Assembly (NCBI RefSeq): GCF_009914755.1
Contig: NC_060937.1
Length of the DNA stretch: 64,000 nt
Strand: one strand, 5' to 3'
Origin: the human T2T-CHM13v2.0 reference genome, Homo sapiens
Positions 1-11,305 of this stretch are shown here, in pieces (the stretch's first letter is position 1; the number at the start of each line of letters is the position of its first letter). Under the pieces are notes generated by a model. It saw only the letters and a list, made by a program, of their open reading frames with translations, did no database searches and had not been told where the DNA came from. The position numbers were made by a program, and so were the translations under genes.

Positions 1-1496
1 GAAATAGAGTCTAGCAGAAAAGCAAGTTTCCACTCTTCATTAACCTACCTCTTCTCTCAACTTGAGAACAAGCTCAGTAACAGGCATGCTCGTCTCAATC
101 AGTGCTCTGTATGTCTGTGGATCACCTAGTTTTCTTAGAAGTTAGGGAGTTTTCTTAGAGGTGTTCTGGAGTGCAATGTTTCTAGGGTTGCCTGATACAG
201 TGGGGAACAAGAATCGTGGTGCAGAAAGACTTGGCATGGAGTTCTCTGAATGATTTACTGGTGAGAATTCTTAGTACAGATGTTTCACAGTTACCTCCTT
301 GCATGATCATTGGATAGTGTCTCAGCTCACACATAAAAGACAAAGCAAGGCAAAGACCTGATGAACTCAACTAGAACAGATAAAATAAGCCAACATTAGA
401 ATTTAAAATTTTACAATGTAAATACACGCTGAAGAGAAGAATAAGCAAAAAATGCCTGCTCCTCCTGATTTTTGTTTCAGTCACCAAAAATGATAACACT
501 GAAACAAAACAAGAGGGCTTAGATGACTACATTGGAAACTGTAGAGTACCCTTTTGCTGTGGAGCCACTTTTAGACTGCAACTAAGTGGTTTTATATTCT
601 ACAACTCTAATATCAGGGAGGCAAGGCTGGAAGCCCCGTACCTCATCAGAACCTAGGAGGTACAGAAAATTGTCTTATGACAGCCTGCAGTGGGAGATAT
701 GGAAGTAAGTGAGTAAATGCCTCACCAGATCTTTGCAAACCTGCCATCCTGTTGTGTTTTTCTTGGAACATGATCACAAGACATCCTTCCAAGACTCAAA
801 TTAGCAGTGGCTCAAGCCTTTACCTATGTGGCCTATTCAGACGTGCTGAAGGTCAGCAGGGTGGCATGGTGGAGTTTTACCCTTACAGACGGCAGGTGGA
901 CTAGAGTTTTATATGCAAGCAATAGAAGAAAGCCTGATTCAACAAAGCCCCAAGATATTTAAACAACAGTGCTCTCAAATGGTCCTTTATGAAGCACTTG
1001 ACTGGCACCTCCAGGCTATATTCTCCAATTCTAATATACCCAGAGGCCTACTAACTTCTGTTTCTCTCTCCTTCAAGTCCTTCTTATCACTTTTCTCATC
1101 AAGTGCCCTTTGTTTGTCATAATAAACTCTCTAAAAAGCAAATCAATAATCCATTAAAACCAAAAAATAAAAACAAAAAAACATTTCATGGCATCAGCAA
1201 CTGAAGAAGAAATGAAACACAAGAAATGAGAAAGTTATTAGTCTTGGCCTTCCTCAGTTCTCCAAAATGTATATCACATTTACTGCAGTGAAGGAAAATA
1301 GAGCAGAAAAGAAAAAAAAAAAAACAAGAAAGGGAAAGGAAAACTACCGTATCAGTATGTTAAAATATATTGAATTTGCATACCTTTCCTTATAAAGAAT
1401 TTATTAACGGATTGGGTGGCATCAAAGGGTGAATGTGCGAAGAAGAGAGTCAAGAAGGAATTCACCTCTCTGATTTCAACACTGATTTGACTGCTT

Positions 1497-1620
1497 CTTT
1501 GTTCACTCATTGGTGCAAAGAATATTTATTTATATGTGTAATACTTATTATTACACATATTATAACAGCACCTAGAACTCACTAAGTTCTAGGTGCTGTT
1601 ATAGACACAGGGATTGAGAA
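1497..1620 (-). mobile_element. L2 3'-end fragment, modified by local inverted duplications
   Basis: ttcactcatt...aatatttatt...gttctaggtgctgttatagacacagggat resembles the reverse-complemented L2 tail. Confidence 0.55.
1532..1603. repeat. Two abutting perfect inverted repeats (12-bp and 19-bp arms, 5-nt loops)
   Basis: atatgtgtaata-cttat-tattacacatat (1532-1560), then tataacagcacctagaact-cacta-agttctaggtgctgttata (1561-1603). Confidence 0.95.
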
Positions 1621-2084
1621 AGAATAATTCCTTTGTCTCTGCCATTCTAATTAATGGTAGCCCTTTAACTTAATTAAATACAAATGGCTTAAAGAGATAA
1701 AGGTAGGAGGTGGATATTGTTAAGCAATTTTACTAAGTATTTCTTCCTTACTTTTCTTTCAAGCTTATTCTCTCATGATTTTGCACTCTTGGGCTGCTCT
1801 GAAATTGGTCTGTCATTAGCCATTTGGATCAGATATTTCAAGTTGATATTTTTTTATTTAAAATTTTGCTTTCCTTGAAAGACTACATTTTGAATTGTTC
1901 TTCCTTTAATGGAGCATGACGGAACCAAGTCTTTACCCTGGAACTCTCTACTTAATGTGAATGGAATTCAGAAAGCTTAGATCTTTGACTCCAATTGCAG
2001 AGGAGCCAAAGAGAAGCATTGTTCTGTTTCCACACTACATCGGCCAATGACTCTACTCACTTCTTACTAATACCCTCCACTTTC

Positions 2085-2256
2085 TGTGGTTCTCAACAGG
2101 GGCACAACATGTACTGCTGCTTCTCATAATGATCAGGATGCTTTAATGGCATTTAGTGGACAGAGGTCAGAGATGCTATATGTCTTGCAATAACCAAGAC
2201 ATCTTCTTCAAAAAGAACATTTTCACCTTCGAATTCCAGTAGCATGGGAAAACACA
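2085..2256 (+). mobile_element. MER20-like hAT DNA transposon relic
   Basis: gtggttctcaacagggg...ggcatttagtggacagaggtcagagatgct...aaagaa matches the recalled MER20 consensus. Confidence 0.7.
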
Positions 2257-2667
2257 AATGACACATGACATTCTCAGTTGAATGATTCTACCCTTCGTCT
2301 CTTATGATCCTCCCTCTCTTGGTTGTGCTGATCCAAGAATTTCACTAACTGTTTTGAGGGCTGCTATTATTCCCAGCCACCGCAGGTATAATCGTATAGA
2401 AGTCCAGGCCTTCAATCAGGATTTATTCAGTGATAACACTAGAATAATGGCTTCTATGGACTTACCATTGCAACAGGTACTATGATACAAGCATGATCAA
2501 GACATGATCATTGCTTAGCCTGTGCTCACAGTAAAATGGAGACAACAGAGATATGATCCAGTATTGATACCAGTGTAATAAGTGGATCCAGTTTATAATA
2601 GGTTTAAATCCTAATGACCTTTATGCACTCAATTGCAGTCCTCATACATGGAAATGCAATGTCTACT

Positions 2668-2968
2668 CTAGATGTTAACAAATAGGGAAATTTGAGGAAG
2701 ATGTATGCTGTTTGGTATGCAGAGTGGTCAATATTATAAAATCATACATTTCTCAAAAAAAAAAAATCCACACAAAATAAAAAAGCAACAACAGTAGACC
2801 TACAATAGTGGTCCAGTTTTATCTCTGGGCAACAATTGGCCAGAGATGAGCTTCAGCTGCTGCCTTGAGATGAAGCATGAGTTCCAGCCTACCACAGTCC
2901 TCCTGTATCCAGCTTCATTCACAGGCTACCTGCCTGACTCCTATTGACATTCCGGTTTCCAACTGATG
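2668..2968 (+). mobile_element. MER102-like hAT DNA transposon relic
   Basis: ggcaacaattggccagagatgagc...ccacagtcc...cttcattcacaggctacctgcctgactcctattgacat matches the recalled MER102 consensus. Confidence 0.7.
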
Positions 2969-3204
2969 TAGATCATCAGGGATGATTCAGTACTTTTTTA
3001 TATCAACCAAAAATTTGATTGATATACTTCTGCACAATTGCATATAAACATTACATTTTAGATTGTTTTCATATAATTATTGTTTTGCAGTGTTGTTGTT
3101 ATGTAACTGTTTGTAAAGCATTTACTTTATGCTGTGTATGTTTTATATACTATAAATAATTTAATATATATAAGCAATTCATTTTGTATCAATATTACCT
3201 GTCT

Positions 3205-3325
3205 CAAAATGAAGTCTTAAGATTTGAAAAAAACTATTCTATTTGTCTGAGGTCATAGACTGTGTGATTAAATAGAGATTTTATCCCAAATCTGTCTGAC
3301 TTAAAAACCTAAATCTGTCTAATCA
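3205..3325 (-). mobile_element. MIR fragment
   Basis: tttgtctgaggtcatag...cccaaatctgtctgact resembles the MIR core. Confidence 0.45.
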
Positions 3326-3596
3326 ATCTGCTTAACTTATTATATATGATTAAACTTGGGTTTTTTGTAGGTATTATAAATAACTTGCAAATTAAAACTG
3401 CCTATTTTAATTGATTCAAGATGGCTAAAATTAATTTCTTGATACCACAAAAAAAGCTTAAATCTCATTGCTAATCTTGGCTTTGCGAAAGTTATTTGAT
3501 TTGCAATTATTTTAAAACTATGTGTGCTTCAAAGGAGAATAAACCTAGTATTTTGTGATTTCCCCTGTTAGACATAAAGAGGCCACTTACTCTTTT

Positions 3597-4095
3597 TCTT
3601 TATTTAACAAATATTGAATATCTACAATTTATTAGTCACCGTACAGGAGGAGCAGACACCGCAGGAAATGTATTTAACAGAATCCTTGCAAAACTTAAGA
3701 TCTAGTTGTGGAAACAGAAAATAATAAAAATTATTTTCCATATTGCAATAATTTTCTGTAATGTAGTGATTTTCTGTAACGTCAAATAGTCACAATGTCT
3801 ATGAATCAAAGAAAGCATTAGTCTGTCTTAGAAAGGGTGGTCTGGGCAGGCCTGTCAGATAAGTTGCCATTTAAAAAGATACCCAAATGAAACAAGGTCA
3901 CAAACTGCAGGGAATCTTTAAAAAAAAAAAAAAAAGACATTTTAAGTTCTGAGACTAGAGTTCCCTGAAATGGGAACATGCTTACAGTCTTGGAGCAAAA
4001 ATCAGGAGTTCAATGTAGCTGGAGGGGCAGAATAATAGGAGGTCAGATCATCTAGCTTGCATATGGGCAAAATGGGCATTATTGTGGTGGGAGGG
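3597..4095 (-). mobile_element. L2 fragment
   Basis: tatttaacaaatattgaatatctac tail, gatctagttgtggaaacag, and purine-rich ggagttcaatgtagctggag...ggaggtcagatc. Confidence 0.55.
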
Positions 4096-4944
4096 GAGCT
4101 ACTTTTCCACTCCTAATGTTTTCTGCCTGCAGTGGGAGATCCTGGCTTCCTACTGCCCTCTGCTCTGTGCCCCATGTGACCTAGGCAGGCAGGAACAATA
4201 GGAATTATTCTTCTGATTGATTGGTTTAGCAGAAGATGCTGTGCATGCACTGGTAATGTGTCTCTCTGTCTTTTTCTTTCTTGGAAACTAGTCTATCTGT
4301 AGTCAGCCTGTCTTTTCCATTTCTCTATTCCAGGTGTAAAGGGGGAGGTTCTGCCCAAGTGGGGTGTGGATAGGGATAGGATGCTGAAATTTTGAAAAAT
4401 GAGCTCAAAAATCAATGAAAAACTACTCTTACTCTTTTATTGTATATGTGGTGGGAAATCACTGCAGGTTCATTCTTACGTATTCAGGTTAATCAAAATT
4501 AAGTCTAAGAAATTCCAGCAAAGCAACTCTGAAATGTACTAAAGTTAAAAGACCGCCAAATGTGAAAAGATGGATCTTCCCTGACCTGGCTACTACTTAA
4601 TACCTTGGTAAAGGAGAAAAAGGCACTTTCTCTGAGATAAGACTATCCTTACCCCTCCACCAATGGGTTGAGGTGTTTGGGCACTACCTCTGTCTATCTG
4701 TTACTTTTAATGATTTCCTTTTCTTTAAATTGTTAGAGAAAGGGCTCTCCTCTTTAGAGAAAGGAAAATACCAGAAATTCAGGGGCCTAAAATGCCCTAT
4801 TCATGCTCTATAAGATTTTATCACATTGAATTACTTAAAAGATGAAATACTACATAGATCCAAACTGCGTAGGGATTCATTATCTCATGAACAAAATTCA
4901 GTATAGCTTCACCATGTATCCATCTCAGATAACAACCTAAGCAT

Positions 4945-5045
4945 GAGTTAGTTAAGGATCTTGTCCTTTATATTTTCAACAATAAGTCCAGAACCTAGTA
5001 GCATGTCCGGAATATTTATCACATTGTTGATGAATGAATCAATAT
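4945..5045 (+). mobile_element. L2 3'-end fragment
   Basis: ggatcttgtcc...ccagaacctagtagcatgtccgg...tgttgatgaatgaat. Confidence 0.5.
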
Positions 5046-8000
5046 TATTGTGTATTTGTGTGAGAAGGAAATCTGGTTTAGCATCTGTTTCATTGTCCTA
5101 GTATTATGCATGTATAATGATCTACATATGGAAATGAGTGGATATTGCACTTTGTTTCCTGAGTTTTATGTTTAAACTATAAGTTTCATATATAACATTA
5201 ATATTTTACATATTTTATAGGGATCCGTGAGTATATTAATTTTTGATAAACAGCAATTTCTATACACATTTAGAGCATAAATTTTGCTAAAATATCTCCC
5301 TTAGTGCTGCTTGAAGACATCTCACTTGTTGGCAATATGGAACCTACTTCCCAAAGTACATTTAACCCAGATTCCTGTCTAAAAACACAAAAGCAGATAT
5401 GTGTCAACAGTAATTCAGAAAGAGTCAATTATAATATTTTAAACACAATATTTTAAAGAGATTTCTTAGGTATAAAATAAATGCAAATCAGTTTTGAAAG
5501 CAAAACCCATGTTCACAGTCTATTTCAACCAATATTTTGTATTAATAAATTCACATTATTGATGCCATTCAATACACTCAAATTTAATTTATATAGGTTA
5601 TCTTTATCAATAAATGCATGAAATCTAATTAAAACTTATTTTTCAAGACCCAGATCAAATATGACTTTTTAGCTTTTCCTACTTCCCTATTTGTTAGAAC
5701 TATTCTTTTTTGCTGCTTACTGCTACATATTCATTCATGTTTTAATTATTGTATATTTTTTAAAAATTAACCTACAAGATACTGCAGTGTTTTATCCTTA
5801 GTCCCTTTTTCCCATCTCATACCATATTGTAAGCTTGTAGAGGTTATTGTCAGAGTCCTACTCACTATCCTGTTCTTTTTCCTACCTAATACATCCAAAC
5901 AAATAAGTTTGTTGGACTTAATGATCGGTAAAAATAGAAAATATGAAAAAAATCAAATATTGGAATTAATGCTAATTAAATGAAAATAAAACTAAACATT
6001 TATGCAATTCATAACGTTTGTAATCAGATTTGTAGTAAAAAAACAAAATAATTGAATTCCCTATGTGTTAGCCATAATGCTGAACATTCACATAATTATT
6101 TTATATTAAAATATTCAATATAAATCTACCAGGATTTTAATCTGATCACAATGTTCAAACTGGCTTGGCAAAGAAAGCTTACAATTCATTTTACAGTGAT
6201 TAGTTTTCGTTCAGGCTTTGAAACTACCTATAATACACATTATGGTTTATTTTATCTTTCTTTATTTACCTCTCCCTCATCTATGTTTTCCTTGTTTTAT
6301 CCTCTTTTCATACCCTAGCTCTGATGATTTTCAGGGAGAGTCAGATTATTAACTCCAATGATATCAAAGTGAAAAAAGAAAGCCCACATTTCAATGCTTA
6401 TGGCATATAATACATTGATATAAAATTCACTAATAATCTTAGTTAATCTTACAAACAGGGTTATATTTAGATTGTAATGATGTGTTATCAGACTAAAAAT
6501 TGGAATTGATTACATTTTTAAAATATGAGACAAAGAGTTCTTAACACACTCATCTACTTAATATAATAAATTGAATAACATCATTAACCAGTAACTTCAA
6601 AACATTCAGAGGATCAAATTTTGAGAATATTAAAAATCTCACAGGTTATTTAGACCTTTCATTTTGTTAGAGAGAAGAAAAGCTGGAAGACAACTTTGAG
6701 TTGTCAAATTGTATATTTTTAGGACTTTAAATATTTTACAGATTTTAAATACAATTACATCATTGCATAGAGAAGGGCACTGAACACATAGCATGTTACA
6801 TATCTTGTTAAAGATTACTGTAAAAGTAAAGGGAAAGGTGGGCCTAGAACTCTAGGTCTGTTTTTCTGGCTCTTATCCATATATTCATTATGGTAGGGGG
6901 TGTTCTGAGAAAAGTTCCTTTATTTTGTTTTTCAAAAAGACAAATACATGCTGTAAAATAGTTTTTTAAAGTACAAAAAATTATATAGACTTTTGTAAAA
7001 TTATCCACTCAGATATTATTATAGTCTATGTTTGGTATTTTTCCAAAGATATTTTGTTTTCCTAAGACAAACTTAATTTTTTTGTCACTTGGGAGTGACA
7101 AAATTTTTCATTTCCTTCAGTTGAATCATTGGATACAAGATATTTTACATATTGACTTATTTGGGTCTAGAATTTACATACAGGTGTATTTTATCTTATT
7201 TTCTTTTGGCACACCTGGCCAATCTCAGGCTCAGATAATGAAGATTTACAGCATGTAGGGTATTTTAAAATAGCTGTTAGAAATAAAAGCTAATTAAACC
7301 GAGAAAAGAAAACTGTTTTGTTGCATTATTAGGAGTAAATGAACTTTAAAACATTTCATTTTAAGAAGAATTAATGTAAGTAGCTCTATAGCAGATGATT
7401 CATTTTTAAATGTTTCTTCATTTAAATGAATTTGCTTGGACTATTTAAACGATTCTGCATGCTTGGGTGAGATTTTTTAAAAAGTACTTACGTGTTCTAA
7501 CTTTTTGAATTTTTACTTTAAAGCCCTCCAAGCATGAACAAGAACTGAAAATAAAGGCAAATATGCAAAGGATAGCTCAAATTTATAGTATTACTGACAT
7601 GTGATGGATGTTGCCCCACATAAACATAATCACATAAATTATTTGAAGGTGATGACATAACATAATAAATCATGTTATAAATTACTATTTTCCCAGACTG
7701 CATTTGAAAGTTTTTACTGTGGAGGAAAGTTCATGATATCTCATATGTCATGAATGATAAGTCATGAATAAGGGGATGATTTAAAATGCTTAATCTTAAG
7801 TGTTTCTAAAATTAGCACACTTATTTACTATTGTAAAGTTAAATCTTGTAGGATCAACCAAAAACTTCAGAAAACTCTTTAAATGTTTACTCATTGCAAA
7901 ATGGATAGGTCTCAAACTTCTCTTTTAAGCGTATGATGTGCTGTGCTATGAATTTTGAACCATTTGGTAAACTTATAACAAATAAATCAATTTTAAGGGG

Positions 8001-8520
8001 AATACACCAGGCTAGGCCTCCAGAAGAAATTCTTCTCTTAATTAAATCCTCTTAAATCCTCTACCTTTTTATGGTGTGATTATCTAAGCCATTAAGCTTG
8101 ACATATTTCTACTATTATAATTATTAATATCTTTATGATTTGTGTTATTGTTCTTTACATCACTCCAGGGAAATATCTAAAAGTCAAATAGGCAGGGCGC
8201 CAATAATTTCCAAGGATTTTTATGCTAGGTGACTTATAATAAAAGGGCATTCCTAGGCATTTGCAACAACAAAACAGAATACTGATGCCAGCTCTAGATA
8301 TGAAGAAGCCCACCATTGGAGTTGCTGTAATTTTGGTAAAAAAAGAAAGGAGCACTAGAAGGAGCTCATTAAGCCAAGGTGACATACAGTTTCTCACATG
8401 TGGGGTTCAGAAGAACCTGTTTCTATAGGATAAAAGGAAGAAGTTCATACTCCCAGACAGCATTAACTTAAAGCAATGTACATACAGAGATTCACACTCA
8501 CGCAATTGGTGAAAAGTAAA

Positions 8521-8565
8521 TATATATATATGTGTGTGTGTGTATATATATGTATTTGTATATAT
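8521..8565. repeat. (TA)n(TG)n(TA)n microsatellite
   Basis: tatatatatatgtgtgtgtgtgtatatatatg. Confidence 0.85.
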
Positions 8566-8853
8566 TGACTTTTTGTATCTTAGTTGAAATATTGATACAA
8601 AATATTAGTGCTTCAATATCTTCTGTATTTCAAAGATGGTTTTACTGGAGTTTAAAGACACTAAGGTAGATAGTTAAGATTCGATAGGAAAATATATTAG
8701 ATAAAAAGAAAAGCCAGCAACAAAGAGAGCAGACCTTTTGGGTTGTTTTAACATAAGTATGTAAGTACCATTTAACCCCCAAATTCATGCGTTAATTTTA
8801 AAGACTATAGATAATGTCAGCCACTGTAACTCAAAGGTTTCTATATTCATTCC

Positions 8854-9170
8854 ACCAGGCATGGTGGCTCACACCTGTAATCCCAGGACTTGGGGAGGCC
8901 GAGGCCTCCTTGATCACGAGGTCAGGAGATCGAGATCATCCTGGCTAACACGGTGAAACCTCGTCTCTACTAAAAATACAAAAAATTAACCGGGCGTGGT
9001 GGCGGGTGCCTGTAGTCCCAGCTACTCAGGAGGCTGAGGCAGGAGAATGGCGTGAACCCGGGGAGGCAGAGCTTGCAGTGAGCCGAGATCGCGCCACTGC
9101 ACTGCAGCCTGGGCGACAGAGCGAGACTCCGTCTCAAAAAATAAATAAATAAATAAAAATAAATAAAATA
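8854..9170 (+). mobile_element. AluY-like SINE, full length
   Basis: AluY diagnostics (gatcacgaggtcaggagatcgaga, ggcgtgaaccc, gagcttgcagtgagccgagatcgcgcc), (TAAA)n tail, TSD aaa(g/a)gtttctatattcattcc at 8833-8853 and 9171-9191. Confidence 0.95.
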
Positions 9171-9890
9171 AAAAGTTTCTATATTCATTCCATACCACTT
9201 TGTTACGAAGTTGCTAAGGGGGTTAGACCTGTGAGAGAAGTAAGACACATTGGTTAGCACAATCTTTGATTTGAGATTTATGTAAATAGAGGTGATATTA
9301 GAATCTTTGAATATTCTGAAAAAAAAAAAAAAAGGTTGTGCATTGAAAGAAAGTTTAAAAGAAAAGTTACCAAGAAGGAACCTTGCCTCCTCTCTCTCAT
9401 TGTCTCTGTCCTCCTCTTCCATCCTACTCCAGAGAGTATTGAAGGAAACGTAGAGAAAAAGTTGAAATAGTATTCTTTCTCAGATACTCATGTACAACAA
9501 AAAAAATTCTTATCAAATTATAAAATAAATGCCAGGCAATATACATAGTATTCTGGGGAAGCAATCTGTGACTTGAAGTACACAAAATAGCACCACAAAA
9601 TTTTAACTGATATAAAATAATAAACAGTATTAATGAATAGGGAATGAATATTACTTCAGTCAAATTCACTTAGTAAACATAAAGGGAATGGGTTCAATAT
9701 TTTTTAATTTAATAGGATGATTAAATTAATGAATTTTAATTAAGTATTTTTCTCTTTTATTTCAGTCTTTAGTAATTTACCATAATAATGGAGGAGAAAC
9801 TGTATAATTTAGTATTTCTTACTGCTGAAATGACAGAGGGAAAATTAGGAAGTAAAGCTCTACAGCTGAGAGCATAATGTTTTTCCCAAA

Positions 9891-10002
9891 TAGGGTAGCC
9901 AGATAAAATAGAGAAAGGTCAGTGAAATTTGAATTTCAAATAAACAACAATTAGTTTTTTTAGTATATGTATGTTCCAAACATGGTATTGGATATAAATA
10001 CT
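9891..10002. mobile_element. MER53 palindromic MITE, left half
   Basis: tagggtagccagataaaata...aaatttgaatttcaaataaacaac...tagtatatgtatgttccaaa matches MER53. Confidence 0.8.
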
Positions 10003-10670
10003 TGTAAATCAATGAAAATTACTGAGGTGAGTCTCAATCATTTCAGGAGGTTTATTTGCCAAAGTTAAGGACCCATGCCCAGGAGACAGGCCTGTGCCTT
10101 TTGCAGAAGATGATTTTGAGGGCTTTAATACTTAAAGGGAAAAGGGCGGATATGGGCAAGAGAGGAATAAATGTTAAAAAGGTGTGGGCAGATAAGAGAA
10201 AAACTGTTGCATTCTTTTGTGTCTTTGATCAGCCTTTTACCAAATACACAATTTACATGTGAGAGGTGGGTAGAGGTGTAGTTATTTATGCCTTAGTCTG
10301 GTTCAGGGAATCTGCATTTTTACATAAGATAACATAAAGAATAGGGCAGAGGGAGCAATCAGATACGCATTTTTCTCAGGTGAGCAAGGGAATGACTTTG
10401 AGTTCTGTTCTTTGTCCCTCACCTGTGAAGATAAGCTATAAATTTATATTGCCAGGGTTAAATTCAACAGAACTGTTTTAGGGTAAATATCTTAGGACCA
10501 CAAGGAATTTCCTTGTGGGAAAATTGTGAGGGAATTATGTAGCTTTTTATCTTTGTAGCTATCTTATTTAGGAACCAAATGGGAGGCAGATTTGTGTGAC
10601 CCAGTTCCCAGATTGACTTTTCCCTCTGGCTTGGTGAATTTATGGTCTCGAGATTTATTTTCCTTTCACA
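10003..10670 (-). mobile_element. MER4-group (ERV1) solo LTR inserted into MER53
   Basis: TG...CA termini; the minus strand begins tgtgaaaggaaaataaatctc; AATAAA on minus at 10051-10056; 4-bp TSD tact/tcct. Confidence 0.85.
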
Positions 10671-10752
10671 TCCTAAAAAGATACATGTTGTTTATCTCAA
10701 GTTCAAATTTTAACTGGGCACACTATTTTAATTTGTTAAGTCTGGTGTTCCA
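10671..10752. mobile_element. MER53 right half
   Basis: ctaaaaag...gttgtttatctcaagttcaaattttaactgggca...tctgg is the inverted counterpart of 9891-9965. Confidence 0.75.
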
Positions 10753-10858
10753 ACAACTAAAGAGTTTCTGAGATCTTACCTTAAGTTCTAAATACATGTT
10801 TTTCAGTTTACCTCAAGCTGAAATAAATATGCTGGTTCAGAATTTGTGACTATGCCTT

Positions 10859-11305
10859 TGTAAAAAGAAAACAAAATCTCGGGACCCCAATTCACTATGC
10901 AAATAATAATAATAAGCTGAAAACTGAGTCTTGCAAGAAACTGCCTTTCCTTTTGTTCCTAAGCAGATAGCTACAGATTAAATATTTAAAGGTTAAATAT
11001 GTCCCCAAGTAGCTACTCTAAGTTCACCTTATGTCAAGTGCTAGTTTGTTGAGTGCTAGATGAATATGTAATTGACTATTTCCCTACCTGCTCCTTTTCT
11101 CTTCCAACATGTGGATTTCCACACCTTCCTTAGTTCTCTGCCAGCAACTTGTTCCCCTTTAAATATCAAAGCCCTCAAAATTATCTTTGGAGAAAGGCAC
11201 AGACCACAGACTGTTGCTGTGATTTCGTGTTTATTTCTTCTGGTAGGCATGTTTTTAACTTTGACAAAATAAACTGGTAAATTGATTGAGACCTTTTGGT
11301 TTACA
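10859..11305 (+). mobile_element. MER4-group (ERV1) solo LTR
   Basis: tgtaaaaagaaaacaaaatctcgggacccc...ttttggtttaca; TATA-like tttaaata at about 11158; AATAAA 11268-11273; flanks gcctt/ccctt. Confidence 0.85.

Noticed and set aside
8970-9422. 150-aa ORF, plus similar ORFs at 21495, 23395, 24394, 38137 and 56561
   Set aside because: Antisense Alu translations ([19 protein letters not shown]), not genes
10003-11305. Provirus or inverted-repeat transposon bounded by two LTRs
   Set aside because: The LTRs are in opposite orientation, differ in length and have separate target-site flanks; no internal genes
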